A stretch of DNA of 26,196 nucleotides from positions 1-26,196 of the forward strand of contig JAWOID010000115.1 of assembly GCA_046484865.1 (NCBI GenBank), written 5' to 3'. Below, piece after piece: positions 14,765 to 24,475 of this stretch. Both the position numbers and the translations under genes were made by a program. Source of the stretch: Candidatus Krumholzibacteriia bacterium. Lineage in GTDB: Bacteria; Krumholzibacteriota; Krumholzibacteriia; LZORAL124-64-63. The notes under the pieces are model-generated. The model saw nothing but the letters and a program-made list of their open reading frames with translations. It was not told the DNA's origin and did no database searches. How positions within the stretch are numbered: the first letter of the stretch is position 1; the number at the start of each line of letters is the position of its first letter.

Positions 14765-17482
14765 GTGGCCGAGCAACGCCGAAGCCGAGGTGAGCGCCGC
14801 CGGCAGGCACGAGAGCGGCCGGCAGCGGTCTCCGGAAAGGCAACTGGACGCGCCGAACCGCTGCAGGGCGCACGGTCCGTTGCGCCCGCTGCCGAGATCG
14901 GCCCCGCCGGTGCCTGGGAGCAGGGCTGGCGCCGCTGGCTGGTGCTCACGCTGGGCCTGCTGCTGATCCTGGCGATGCTCTACCCGGGCCCGATGTTCCG
15001 GGGCGAGATCTTCGCCAGTGCCGATGCTGCCAGCGCCGGTGCGTTCCAGGCGATCGGTGACGAGGCCGTCGCCCAGCGCGACTACCCGCAGTGGAATCCG
15101 TACATCTTCGGCGGCATGCCCACCTTCGGCTCGCTCTCGTATCCCCGCTTCGTCTATCCACCTTCGGTGCTCGTCGATTTCCTCCAGGGGACGCTCGGCT
15201 TCCCGCCCGCCACGTGGCTGCTGGCCCACCTGCTGCTGGGCGGATTGGGGGTGGCGTACCTGCTCGGCAAGTGGAACGTACCCCTCGCCGGCCAGCTGCT
15301 CGGTGCGGCGGCCTTCATCCTGATGCCGCGGGTCACGGCCTGGGCGGTGCACGGTCACGGCACGAAGCTGATCACCGCCATGTACTGGCCCTGGGTGCTG
15401 GCCTGGGCGTGGCAGATCCTCGGCGGTCGCGGCTGGACGGCCGTGGGCGTGCTCGGCCTGGTGCTGGGCCTGCAGTTCCTGCGCGGCCACGTCCAGATCA
15501 CCTACTACACCCTGCTGACCGTGGGCTGGCTGGCGCTGGTCAACCTCGCCTGGCCGCTGCGCGCGGGCGGCGAACCGGCGCCCGCCCGGCGTCGCTGGTG
15601 GCGTACCGGCCAGCTCGGCACCGGACTCCTGCTCGGCTTCCTGGTGGGGGCCGTCCTGCTGGTGCCGGTGCGGGAGTACGCCCGCATCTCCATTCGCGGC
15701 GAGGCCGCCGGCGCCGGCGGCGGGGCGCCCTACGAGTACGCCACCGGCTGGAGCCTCGGACCCGGCGAACTGCCCACTCTCGTGCTGCCGTCGGCGGCGG
15801 GCTTCGGCAAGGCCACCTACCTGGGGCCGATGCCGTTCACGGACTACCCGAGCTACCTCGGTTTCCTGCTGCTCGTGCTGGCCGGCTGCGCGTTCGCCGC
15901 GCCGGCGCGCCGCCGCCTCGCCGTGGCGCTCGGAGTGCTGGCCCTCGGCACGCTGATCGTGGCCCTGGGACGCCACTTCCCTCTGCACCGGATGCTCTAC
16001 GACTGGCTGCCCTACTTCGACAAGTTCCGCGTCCCTTCGATGATCCTGGCCGCGACCGGGCTGGCGGTGATCGGCCTCGCCGCCATCGGTGGTCACCACC
16101 TCGCGCGACCGGCGGCGGCACCCGAGCGGTGGGTGGCGGCCCTAGCCGTCTCGCTGGGCGCGGTGGGCCTCCTGCTGCTCCTCGGCGGCGCGACGGGTCT
16201 GGCCGAACCGGCGCACCGCGCGTCTCTGTCGGCGCTCGCCGCCGCGTCCGGCAAGCAGGCCGCTCCCACCGTCCTGGACGAAGCCTGGCACCTGCACCGG
16301 TCCGACCTCGTCCGCATCGGATTGCTGCTGGCGACCGCGGCGTCGGCCGTGATGCTCGCGCGGCGCCGACCCGGCTTCCGCCGCCGTGGCCTGCTCTGGG
16401 TGATGGCCGTGCTCGTGATCTGGGACCTGGCGGCGGTGGACCGTCGCATCGTGCATCCGGAGGAGTCGCTGCTGGAGAGGGCGGCCGACTCGCAGGGCCG
16501 CGTCCACCTGGTGCCGGCGGCCAGGATGCTGCGCCAGTACCGCTCGGCCGCCGCGGTGCCGGAGATCCCGGAGTCGCTGGCGGCCGAACTGCGGGCTGCC
16601 ACCGGCCACGACCGCATCTGGCCGCTGGGGGGGGTGGCCGCCAGCAACCGCTTCATGACGGCCCGCCTGCGCAGCCTGAGCGGCTATCATCCGGCCAAGC
16701 TCGCCGCGTTCGAGCAGATCCGCCGCCTGCTCGAGTCTCCGGAGCAGCCCGCCGGTCGCGTGGCGGCCTGGCTGGCCGGCCGGACCCTGGTGCTGGACGG
16801 GCCGTTGCCGGACCAGGCATTCGCGGTCCTCGACCAGTTCGGGTTCGATCTCGATCCGCAGCCGGTGGTGAGCGACGGGGTGACGGCGTACCACAACCGC
16901 GCCGCGCTGCCGCGGGCGCGACTGGTCACGCAGTGGCGTCTGGCCGAAACGCTGCCCTGGGGTGACGATCTCGAGGCGTTCGTGACCGCGATCCAGCGCG
17001 GCCGTCACGACTACGCCGATGTCGTCGTCCTGGAGCAGATCCCCGACCCGGTGCCGGCGGACGCGCCGCCGGGCACCCGGCTGCCGCAGCCGGAGTTCGT
17101 GGTCGATGGGCTCGACGAGGTGGTCCTGGCCGTGGATGCACCCGTCCCCGCCCTGCTCCTGCTGGCGGACATGCATGCGCCCGGCTGGCGGGTCCTGGTG
17201 GACGGGGTGGAGGTTCCGCTGCTGCGTGCCGATCTCACCCTGCGCGCCGTGGCCCTGCCGGCGGGGCCGCACGAGGTGCGGTTCGAGTTCGCCGACCCCT
17301 CGCTGGCCGCCGGGCTCTCGCTGAGCCTGCTGGGCCTGACCGGCAGTCTGGTCGCGCTGGCCGCCGGCTGGTGGCGCGGCCGCCGCCGGTGGATGGCGGT
17401 GGCGAGCGGCGGCCCGGCCGGCCGGGCGAGTCCGGCCGATGACGGCGCGTCCCGGACGGGCGGGGAGGACGACCGTGGCTGA
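14765..17482 (+). CDS. YfhO-family multi-pass membrane protein (GT-C-type glycosyltransferase)
   Basis: Motifs YPQWNPYIFGGMP, GHVQITYY, LPYFDKFRVPSMIL, SLSGYHPAKL and C-terminal LLLLADMHAPGWRVLVDG...LRAVALPAGPHEVRFEF followed by a terminal TM helix. Start is GTG 14765, 7 nt after AAAGGAG. Confidence 0.85.
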   Translation: MAEQRRSRGERRRQARERPAAVSGKATGRAEPLQGARSVAPAAEIGPAGAWEQGWRRWLVLTLGLLLILAMLYPGPMFRGEIFASADAASAGAFQAIGDEAVAQRDYPQWNPYIFGGMPTFGSLSYPRFVYPPSVLVDFLQGTLGFPPATWLLAHLLLGGLGVAYLLGKWNVPLAGQLLGAAAFILMPRVTAWAVHGHGTKLITAMYWPWVLAWAWQILGGRGWTAVGVLGLVLGLQFLRGHVQITYYTLLTVGWLALVNLAWPLRAGGEPAPARRRWWRTGQLGTGLLLGFLVGAVLLVPVREYARISIRGEAAGAGGGAPYEYATGWSLGPGELPTLVLPSAAGFGKATYLGPMPFTDYPSYLGFLLLVLAGCAFAAPARRRLAVALGVLALGTLIVALGRHFPLHRMLYDWLPYFDKFRVPSMILAATGLAVIGLAAIGGHHLARPAAAPERWVAALAVSLGAVGLLLLLGGATGLAEPAHRASLSALAAASGKQAAPTVLDEAWHLHRSDLVRIGLLLATAASAVMLARRRPGFRRRGLLWVMAVLVIWDLAAVDRRIVHPEESLLERAADSQGRVHLVPAARMLRQYRSAAAVPEIPESLAAELRAATGHDRIWPLGGVAASNRFMTARLRSLSGYHPAKLAAFEQIRRLLESPEQPAGRVAAWLAGRTLVLDGPLPDQAFAVLDQFGFDLDPQPVVSDGVTAYHNRAALPRARLVTQWRLAETLPWGDDLEAFVTAIQRGRHDYADVVVLEQIPDPVPADAPPGTRLPQPEFVVDGLDEVVLAVDAPVPALLLLADMHAPGWRVLVDGVEVPLLRADLTLRAVALPAGPHEVRFEFADPSLAAGLSLSLLGLTGSLVALAAGWWRGRRRWMAVASGGPAGRASPADDGASRTGGEDDRG

Positions 17483-18224
17483 CCAGGCCGGCCATGCCGG
17501 GGGGGTGCTCGACGTGCGCAGCGCCGTGGTCGTGGTGCCCACGTACAACGAGGCCGACAACGTCGGTCGGCTGCTGCCGCAGATCCTCGCCCAGGATCCC
17601 CGGCTGTCGGTGCTCGTGGTGGACGACAACTCGCCCGACGGCACCGCCGCCGTGGTCAAGCGGCTGCCCCAGTACGGAGACCGCGTGCAGTTGCTGGAGC
17701 GGCCCGGGAAGGCGGGTCTCGGCGCCGCCTACATCGCCGGTTTCCAGTGGGTGCTGGCGAACACCGCAGCCGACGCCGTGTTCGAGATGGACGCCGACTT
17801 CAGCCACGACCCTGCTGCGCTGCCGGCCTTCCTGCAGGAGATCCGCGACCACGATCTCGTCCTGGGCAGTCGGTACCTGCGGGGCGTGACCGTGGTGAAC
17901 TGGCCGCTCAGCCGCCTGGTGCTGAGCGTCGGCGCCAACCATTACGCCCGCCTGGTCACCGGCCTGCCGATCAGCGACTGCACGGGCGGCTTCAAGTGCT
18001 TCCGCCGCGCGGTGCTCGAGTCGCTGCCGCTGCGCTCGATCAAGAGCGACGGCTACTCCTTCCAGATCGAGATGAACTATCACGTGTGGCGGCGAGGTTA
18101 CCGCATCAAGGAGATTCCCATCATCTTCACGGACCGTCAGGTCGGCATCTCGAAGATGTCGCGGCGGATCATCTGGGAGGCCATGTGGATGGTCTGGTCG
18201 CTGCGGCTGCGAAGGTCCACCTAG
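17475..18224 (+). CDS. Polyprenol-monophosphomannose synthase (Ppm1/DPM1-like GT2)
   Basis: Motifs VVVPTYNEADN, VVDDNSPDGT, GLGAAYIAGF, EMDADFSHDP, DCTGGFKCFRR, GYSFQIEM and EIPIIFTDRQVGISKMS. GTG start after GGGGAGG; 8-nt overlap with the YfhO-like gene. Confidence 0.88.
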   Translation: MADQAGHAGGVLDVRSAVVVVPTYNEADNVGRLLPQILAQDPRLSVLVVDDNSPDGTAAVVKRLPQYGDRVQLLERPGKAGLGAAYIAGFQWVLANTAADAVFEMDADFSHDPAALPAFLQEIRDHDLVLGSRYLRGVTVVNWPLSRLVLSVGANHYARLVTGLPISDCTGGFKCFRRAVLESLPLRSIKSDGYSFQIEMNYHVWRRGYRIKEIPIIFTDRQVGISKMSRRIIWEAMWMVWSLRLRRST

Positions 18225-18225
18225 C

Positions 18226-20409
18226 ATGGCGACGGCACCGGTGAAGCTGGCGGTCGTGATCGTCCACTACAACACCAGCGACGATCTGGCGCGGCTGCTG
18301 CTGTCCCTGCAGGAGCACCCGCCGCACTGCACGCACGCCGTCGTGGTGGTGGATAACGCGTCCAGCGATCCCGGCCTGGACGCCGTGCGCCAGCGGTTCC
18401 CCGGCTGCGAATGGATGATGAACGCCGAGAACGTGGGTTACGCCCGCGGCTGCAATCTCGGCCTGCAGCGACGGGCCGCCGAGTATGCGCTGGTCCTCAA
18501 CCCGGACATCGTGGTGCAGCCGGGCGCGCTGGACGGGCTGCTCGCGTTCGCCGACGCCCATCCGCGCGCGGGCATCGTCGGACCGCAACTGCTGAACGAG
18601 GACGGCACGATCCAGGATTCCTGCCGCCGCTTCTACAGCCTCGCCACGCTGCTCATGCGGCGGACCGTCCTGGGCAAGCTCTTTCCGCGCTCCCAGGTGC
18701 TCGCGCGCCACCTGATGCGGGACTTCGATCACCGCAGCAGCCGGCCGGTGGACTGGGTGCTCGGCGGCTGTCTGCTGGCTCGCCGCGCGGCCGTGGAACG
18801 CGTCGGTCCGCTCGACGAGCGCTTCTTCCTCTACTTCGAGGACGTGGACTGGTGCTACCGCATGTGGCAGGGGGGCTGGGAGGTCCTCTACACGCCGGAC
18901 GCGCGGTTCATCCACCGGCATCGCCGCGCCAGCGCGCGCGGCCTGCGCAGCCGCAGCTTCTGGCTGCATCTGGGCAGCCTGATCTCGTTCTACGAGAAGT
19001 GGGGGATGCTCGTCTACCTGCTGAAGAAGTGGCGTGGCCCGCTCTCCGTGATGCTGCTCTGGTCCATCGACATGCTCGCACTCACGGCGGCGTTCCACGG
19101 CGCCTACGGACTGCGCGCCGCGTTCGGGGGCCTGTTCGCCGAGGAACTGTATCCTCTCGGCGAGTACCGCCCGCTGTTCCTGTTCTCGCTGCTGCTGGCC
19201 ACCGTCACCTTCGCCCTCATGGGGCGCTATCGCCCGGCGCGCCTGCGCGAGCCTCCGCGGGTCTGGCCTCACCTGCAGCAGACCGGCGCGCTGGCGCTGC
19301 TGCTGCTCGCGAGCAGCTACCTGGGCCAGCAGCAGGTGGTCAGCCGTGCGGTGTTGCTCGGCTTCCTCGTGCTGGCCGCTGCCTTCACGGCCGCGGGCGA
19401 GGAGTTGTTCCGGTCGCTCCTGCGGCGGATGGAGCGCGGCTACTTCACGCTGGAGCGCACGCTGCTGGTGGGCCCGCGCGCGGAACTGGCCGCCTGGCTG
19501 GCCGACGCGCCGCGCCCCCGGGCCGCGGGCGTCGATCCGGTGGGCTGGGTGTGCGGCGATCAGCCCGCACACGCGACCGAGGCGCCCGGCCCCCCCCTGG
19601 GCGACGGCGAGATACCGTGGCTCGGCGGCTGGCCCGATCTGCCCGGGCTGGTCGATCGCTTCCGCGCGAGCCAGGTCGTCTTCTGGGAGTCGCCGGGAGC
19701 CGACGAGGCGCGCCGGCGGACGCTCGCGGAACTGCGGCGCGGTCGGGTGCGGCTGCGCTGGCAGGGAGACGTGGTCTGGCTGCTGGCCGCGGGGGCGCGG
19801 CCGGAACTCTTCTGCGGCGCTCCCAGCGGGGTGGTGGAGCCCGGCGCGGGGGCCGCCCTCGCGCATGCCGCGCTGCGCGTGGCGAGCTTCGCGGCGGGTC
19901 TCCTGCTGACGGCTCTGGCCTGGCCGGCCTGGTTGTGGCTGCGGCTGGTGCGGTTGCCGCGCGGCCGCGCGCGCAGGGTGGGTGTCGACGTGACGACGCG
20001 GGCAGGGCATAATGAGCGGGTGACCCTCGCCGTCGGTGCGTCCGGCGGCGTCCTGCCGCTCCCCTGGCAGTGGGGCCTCGCCGGGGCTCTGTTGCGCGGC
20101 GACATGGATCTGTGGGGGTTGCGTCCAGTGCCGGTGGATCGCCCGCAGCCGGGCGGTTCGGTGCTCTCCTGGTGGGAGACCTGGCGGAGCGATCTGCAGC
20201 GCCCCGGCCTCTGCGGGCCCTGGCTGCTGGCGGAGCGGTCCGGCCGGTGCGATGCGGGTACCCCCGACGTGTCCGCCGGCGCAGGGTGGCTGCGCCGGGC
20301 GGCCGCCGTCGTCGTGGCGCTCTGGAACCGTCCGGGCGGCTGGGAACGTCTGCCTGCCTCCTCGGACATCACGCCGCCGTTTCCGGTGGGCGCAGAGGGA
20401 GATCGATGA
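18226..20409 (+). CDS. Fusion of a WbbL-like GT2 to a degenerate WcaJ/WbaP-type phosphoglycosyl-transferase module (4 TM, CoA-binding-like domain, eroded Bac_transf domain)
   Basis: N-terminal GT2 motifs VVVDNASSD, LVLNPDI and DERFFLYFEDVDWCYR; four TM helices; TLLVG...PWLGGWPDLPGLVDRFRASQVVF; remnants LLRGDMDLWGLRP and RPGLCGPW. Confidence 0.8.
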   Translation: MATAPVKLAVVIVHYNTSDDLARLLLSLQEHPPHCTHAVVVVDNASSDPGLDAVRQRFPGCEWMMNAENVGYARGCNLGLQRRAAEYALVLNPDIVVQPGALDGLLAFADAHPRAGIVGPQLLNEDGTIQDSCRRFYSLATLLMRRTVLGKLFPRSQVLARHLMRDFDHRSSRPVDWVLGGCLLARRAAVERVGPLDERFFLYFEDVDWCYRMWQGGWEVLYTPDARFIHRHRRASARGLRSRSFWLHLGSLISFYEKWGMLVYLLKKWRGPLSVMLLWSIDMLALTAAFHGAYGLRAAFGGLFAEELYPLGEYRPLFLFSLLLATVTFALMGRYRPARLREPPRVWPHLQQTGALALLLLASSYLGQQQVVSRAVLLGFLVLAAAFTAAGEELFRSLLRRMERGYFTLERTLLVGPRAELAAWLADAPRPRAAGVDPVGWVCGDQPAHATEAPGPPLGDGEIPWLGGWPDLPGLVDRFRASQVVFWESPGADEARRRTLAELRRGRVRLRWQGDVVWLLAAGARPELFCGAPSGVVEPGAGAALAHAALRVASFAAGLLLTALAWPAWLWLRLVRLPRGRARRVGVDVTTRAGHNERVTLAVGASGGVLPLPWQWGLAGALLRGDMDLWGLRPVPVDRPQPGGSVLSWWETWRSDLQRPGLCGPWLLAERSGRCDAGTPDVSAGAGWLRRAAAVVVALWNRPGGWERLPASSDITPPFPVGAEGDR

Positions 20410-22868
20410 TGAACGCGCCGTTGCAGCACCGCCGGCGACCTGCACGCAGGTTCCTTCGGCTCCGTCGCGCCGGTCGCATCGCCGGTGCGCTCCTGCTCGG
20501 GTGTGCTGTCGTGGTCGCCGGCGTTTTCCCTGCCACGACCGCCGCGGCTCAGGACGTGAGACTGTCGCCGCTGCTCTCCGCCAGCCGCGGCACCTGCCTG
20601 CTGCCTCACGCCGGACTGATGCTCATGGGTCTCGAGCAGGGCGGCCTGGCGGTGTGGGATCGTGCCGCGTTCGATCAGCCGCCGCAGCGCGTCACCGCGG
20701 GCGACCAGCTCAGCCACAACCGCGTGGTGGATCTCGCCGGCACGCCCCTGCACGTCTGGGTGGCCACCGCCGGGGGCGGACTCACCCGCATCGGCGACCT
20801 GGAGGGCGCGCAAGAGTACCGCCAGTTCGTCACGGGTCTCGGCGGGCGCGATCTCACCGCCGTCGGCGCCGGCATGATCGGCGGCAGTGAATGGGTGTTC
20901 TACGCCATGGCCGGGGCGGGGGTCGGCCGCATCGTCGGCGGCGTGCCCGGAGCCGTGTACACCGCGGAGCAGGACGGGCTGGTCTCGAACACAGTCAACA
21001 CGATCGTCTTCCGGGGCGACGAGGTCTTCTTCGGCACGCCCGACGGAGTGTCGCGTTTCGCGGGCAACGTGTTCACGACCATCAACGACGGGCTGAGCAA
21101 CCTCTGGATCGAGGACCTGGCGGTGGACGGCAGCGGGCGTCTGGTGGCGGCCGGCCGCGGCGGGGTGTACCGCTACGACGATGCGGGGGGCGTCTGGTCG
21201 CTCCTCACGACCATCGGTTCCTGGGCGACAGCGCTGGCTCCGGACGGCGACGATCTGTGGGTGCTGGGCTGGCCGGGCCAGGGAGATCTCGTGCGCGTCA
21301 CCGGCGCGGGCGCGGTCGAGGCGGTGGCCATGCCGGAGCCGCTGGTGTACGCGCTGGCCATGGCCGACGGGGCGCTCTGGGCGACCGGCCGCTGGCGTGC
21401 CGAGGGGATGAGCGTGGAGTCGGGGCTGGCGTTTCTCGGCCGGCGCGCGGACGGCGTCTGGGCGGTCCAGGTGATGAATGCGACCCTGGTGCGCAACGCC
21501 GACGGCGCGGCCATCGACGAGTCGGGCCACGTGTGGCTCGGCTCGCGAACGGGGAAGGCGCTGTCGCGCTGGACCGGCGAGATGTGGACGAACCACTTCG
21601 AGGTGGCCGACGCCGGCAGCGAGGGGCTCTTCAACCACGTCGGCGGCATGCTGGCGGTCGGCGCCGAACTCGGCGGCGCGGCCTGGGCCGGCCAGTTCGA
21701 TGCCGGACTGGTGCGCCTGGTTCCGGCCGATCGCGCCGGCAGCGGCGAGGACGAGTATAACCGCGTCTCCCCGACGAATGCGCCGCTGCAGGGGCGGAAT
21801 TACGAGCGTGCGGTCACGCATCCCGCCGGACCGGTGATCTTCCTGAGCGCCGTGCACGGCGCCGACATCCTGGTGACCCCGTCGGGATGGAGCGATCCCG
21901 GCGCCTGGGTGAACGTCACCGCGAACGAGCTGAACGGAGTGGCCGCCATCGATGTGCTGGTGGAGCGGCCCGACGTGCTGTGGTTCGCCGTCGCCGACGT
22001 GGGACTCGTGCGCTGGGACGTCAACGGTTCCGCCGCGGGATCGGCTGCGCCGCTCACCTGGACCGATCCGACGGACGATGTCTGGTCCCAGCCGGTGACC
22101 AGCGTGGAAGGATTCGACGTCACGCAGGTGTCGGCGCTGGCCCTCGGCCGGGACGGGACCATCTGGGCCGGGGGATCGGGTGTCGTCTGCTTCACGTACG
22201 TGGGGCAGACGTTCCCGGCGGCGACCCTGGTGGCACAGTACGATCGCAAGGGCAGCGGCTTCGAGGTGGGGCTGCTCGCGCAGGCGGTCGCGGACGTGGC
22301 CGTCGATCGCAACGGCGACCTCTGGGTGCTCACCGGTGCCGGTCTCAACCGCGTGCGACGGCGCGACGACGGTACCACGATCGACGCGTACACCAATCTG
22401 ACCACCTTCCTGGCGAACCCGGACTTCGGTTCGCTCTACTCGCCGAACATCATCAGCGCGTTTCCCGGCGGGGTCGGGAGCGATGTGTACGAGCTGACCG
22501 CCGGACGGGACGGCCGGCGACTGGTGGCGACCACCAGTGTCGGGGCGGTGCTCGTGGAGGTGGACGAGCAGCGTATCGAGCAACCGGCGGCGCTCGACGG
22601 GATGTTCGTCTATCCGAACCCGTTCCCCGGCCAGGGCGACGGTGACCTCTTCGTGGGCGGTATCGCCGCCGACAGGGCCGATCCGGCCACCGTCGAGATC
22701 TACACGCTCGACGGCGAGCTCGTGTACCGGAACCGATACGTGGCGGCCGAGGTCTCGTTCTGGGACGGTCGCAATCGGCTGGGCGAGGCGGTGGCCTCGG
22801 GAATCTACCTGATGAGGGTCCGCTACGCCGGCGCGCAGCGGGTCCATCAACTCGCGGTGGAGCGCTAG
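20406..22868 (+). CDS. Secreted PorZ-like beta-propeller protein with C-terminal T9SS type-A/FlgD-Ig-like domain
   Basis: Signal peptide ending TTAAA-QD; repeated propeller blades (VWVATAGGGL, GLVSNTVNTI...VFFGTPDGVSRF, DLAVDGSGRL, AIDESGHVWLG, DVAVDRNGDLWVLTGAGLNR); C-terminal VYPNPF...VEIYTLDGELVY...WDGRNRLGEAVASGIYLMRV. ATGA overlap with the previous gene. Confidence 0.8.
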   Translation: MMNAPLQHRRRPARRFLRLRRAGRIAGALLLGCAVVVAGVFPATTAAAQDVRLSPLLSASRGTCLLPHAGLMLMGLEQGGLAVWDRAAFDQPPQRVTAGDQLSHNRVVDLAGTPLHVWVATAGGGLTRIGDLEGAQEYRQFVTGLGGRDLTAVGAGMIGGSEWVFYAMAGAGVGRIVGGVPGAVYTAEQDGLVSNTVNTIVFRGDEVFFGTPDGVSRFAGNVFTTINDGLSNLWIEDLAVDGSGRLVAAGRGGVYRYDDAGGVWSLLTTIGSWATALAPDGDDLWVLGWPGQGDLVRVTGAGAVEAVAMPEPLVYALAMADGALWATGRWRAEGMSVESGLAFLGRRADGVWAVQVMNATLVRNADGAAIDESGHVWLGSRTGKALSRWTGEMWTNHFEVADAGSEGLFNHVGGMLAVGAELGGAAWAGQFDAGLVRLVPADRAGSGEDEYNRVSPTNAPLQGRNYERAVTHPAGPVIFLSAVHGADILVTPSGWSDPGAWVNVTANELNGVAAIDVLVERPDVLWFAVADVGLVRWDVNGSAAGSAAPLTWTDPTDDVWSQPVTSVEGFDVTQVSALALGRDGTIWAGGSGVVCFTYVGQTFPAATLVAQYDRKGSGFEVGLLAQAVADVAVDRNGDLWVLTGAGLNRVRRRDDGTTIDAYTNLTTFLANPDFGSLYSPNIISAFPGGVGSDVYELTAGRDGRRLVATTSVGAVLVEVDEQRIEQPAALDGMFVYPNPFPGQGDGDLFVGGIAADRADPATVEIYTLDGELVYRNRYVAAEVSFWDGRNRLGEAVASGIYLMRVRYAGAQRVHQLAVER

Positions 22869-22888
22869 CGCAGCGAGGGGAGGCGACG

Positions 22889-24475
22889 GTGGCGGGACGG
22901 GCGCCAGGGGACGCAGCTGGGACCACGGGCACGCGCCTGCTCATCGTGGGTGCCGGCGAGGCCGGCCGCCAGCTCGTGCGTCAGATCCAGGCCGAGCGGT
23001 TGCCGTACGCACCGGTGGGCTTCCTGGACGACGACCCCGGCCTTGCGGGCCGGGTTCTCGACGGCGTGCCGGTCCTCGGTCCGACCGACGCTCTGGTGGC
23101 GCAGGCGCGCCGCACGGGTGCCGACGAGATCATCATCGCCATCCCGTCCAGCCGCGGCTCGCTGGTGCGACGACTGGTACCCCTGTGCAAGCGCGCCGGC
23201 CTGCCCTTCAAGATCGTGCCCGGCATTCGCGCGATCATCGAGGGCGACGTCCACCTCGCCCAGGTGCGGCCGGTCGCGCCCGAGGACCTGCTGGGGCGCG
23301 AGAGCGTCACCTTCCAGGCAGGTAGCGCTCGCGAGGTGGTGCAGGGGCGCTGCGTGCTCGTGACGGGCGCCGGCGGGTCGATCGGCAGCGAACTCTGCCG
23401 GCAGCTGCTGCCGCTCGAGCCCCGCGAACTGCTCCTGCTGGGGCGCGGCGAGAACAGCATCTTCGAGATCGCCACCGACCTGGCGCCCTGGGCCGGATCC
23501 ACCCGTCTGCGGCCGGTCATCGCCGACGTGCGCGATGCCGAGCGCATGCTGCGTCTCACCGAGCACGACCGGCCCGAGCTGGTGCTGCATGCCGCTGCCC
23601 ACAAGCACGTCCCGCTCATGGAAGCCTTCCCGGAGGAAGCGGTGCTCGTGAACGTCGGCGGCACCGCCAGCGTGCTGGCCGCCGCGCGCGCGGCCGGGGC
23701 GGAGCGCTTCGTGCTCATCAGCACCGACAAGGCGGTGGCCCCGGACAATGTCATGGGCGCCACCAAGAAGCTGGCCGAGCAGCTCGTCCGCCAGGATGCA
23801 GCAGCCGCCGGTGGCGCCGCCACGGCGATCCTCCAGGGCTCTGCGCCGGGCGCTGCGCCGGGCGCCGCCACGCGTGCCATGAGCGTCCGGTTCGGCAACG
23901 TGCTCGGCAGCCGCGGCTCGGTGGTGCCGTTCTTCCAGCGCCGCATCGCCGCCGGCCTGCCATTGCCGGTCACCGACCCGCGCATGACGCGCTACTTCAT
24001 GACCATCCGCGAGGCGGCGCTGCTCGTGATCGAGGCCATGGTGCTGGGCGAGAACGGCGTCACCTACATCCTGGAGATGGGGGAGCCGGTGCCCATCGTC
24101 GAGCTGGCCCACAACCTCCTGGCGCTCTCGGGCTACGACCCCGGCAACGGGGACGACGGCCCGGGCATCGTGTTCACCGGCCTGCGCCCGGGCGAGCGCT
24201 TGCACGAGGCCCTCACGGAGGAGGGCGAGCTGGTCGAGCCGTCGGCCAACCCGCTCATTCGCCGTGCCCGGCCACCGGCCGGCAGCGAGGGCGACCTGCT
24301 CGGCGAACTGCCTGGTCTGCTGGAACTGGCCCGCGCTGGAGATCGGCATGGGCTGCGCGGGCGCCTGGCAGAGCTGCTCGGGCGGCCGAGTCTGCGCGAG
24401 CCGGCCATCGGCGACGATCCGCTGTTCGGTCCGGATGCATTGCGGGCGCCGGCGCCCCGCGCTCCCCGGGCATGA
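22889..24475 (+). CDS. CapD/PglF/WbpM-like UDP-GlcNAc 4,6-dehydratase (polysaccharide biosynthesis protein) lacking the N-terminal TM domain
   Basis: Motifs RLLIVGAGEAG, EDLLGRE, VTGAGGSIGSELCRQ, HAAAHKHVPLME, STDKAV..NVMGATK, VRFGNVLGSRGSV, MTRYFMTIREA and GLRPGERLHE; GTG start after GGGGAGG. Confidence 0.92.
   Translation: MAGRAPGDAAGTTGTRLLIVGAGEAGRQLVRQIQAERLPYAPVGFLDDDPGLAGRVLDGVPVLGPTDALVAQARRTGADEIIIAIPSSRGSLVRRLVPLCKRAGLPFKIVPGIRAIIEGDVHLAQVRPVAPEDLLGRESVTFQAGSAREVVQGRCVLVTGAGGSIGSELCRQLLPLEPRELLLLGRGENSIFEIATDLAPWAGSTRLRPVIADVRDAERMLRLTEHDRPELVLHAAAHKHVPLMEAFPEEAVLVNVGGTASVLAAARAAGAERFVLISTDKAVAPDNVMGATKKLAEQLVRQDAAAAGGAATAILQGSAPGAAPGAATRAMSVRFGNVLGSRGSVVPFFQRRIAAGLPLPVTDPRMTRYFMTIREAALLVIEAMVLGENGVTYILEMGEPVPIVELAHNLLALSGYDPGNGDDGPGIVFTGLRPGERLHEALTEEGELVEPSANPLIRRARPPAGSEGDLLGELPGLLELARAGDRHGLRGRLAELLGRPSLREPAIGDDPLFGPDALRAPAPRAPRA

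Noticed and set aside
20406..20480. Possible Tat signal (RRFL) on the PorZ-like protein
   Set aside because: The spacing does not fit S/T-R-R-x-F-L-K, and Arg-rich n-regions are common in high-GC genomes. It is treated as a probable Sec signal.
19560..22850. 1096-aa minus-strand ORF, and other long antisense ORFs such as 18169-20445, 22865-24487, 16142-17659 and 14645-16099
   Set aside because: They lie opposite well-supported + strand genes, have Arg/Pro/Gly/Ala-biased low-information translations and no family motifs. This is the expected shadow of high-GC codon usage.
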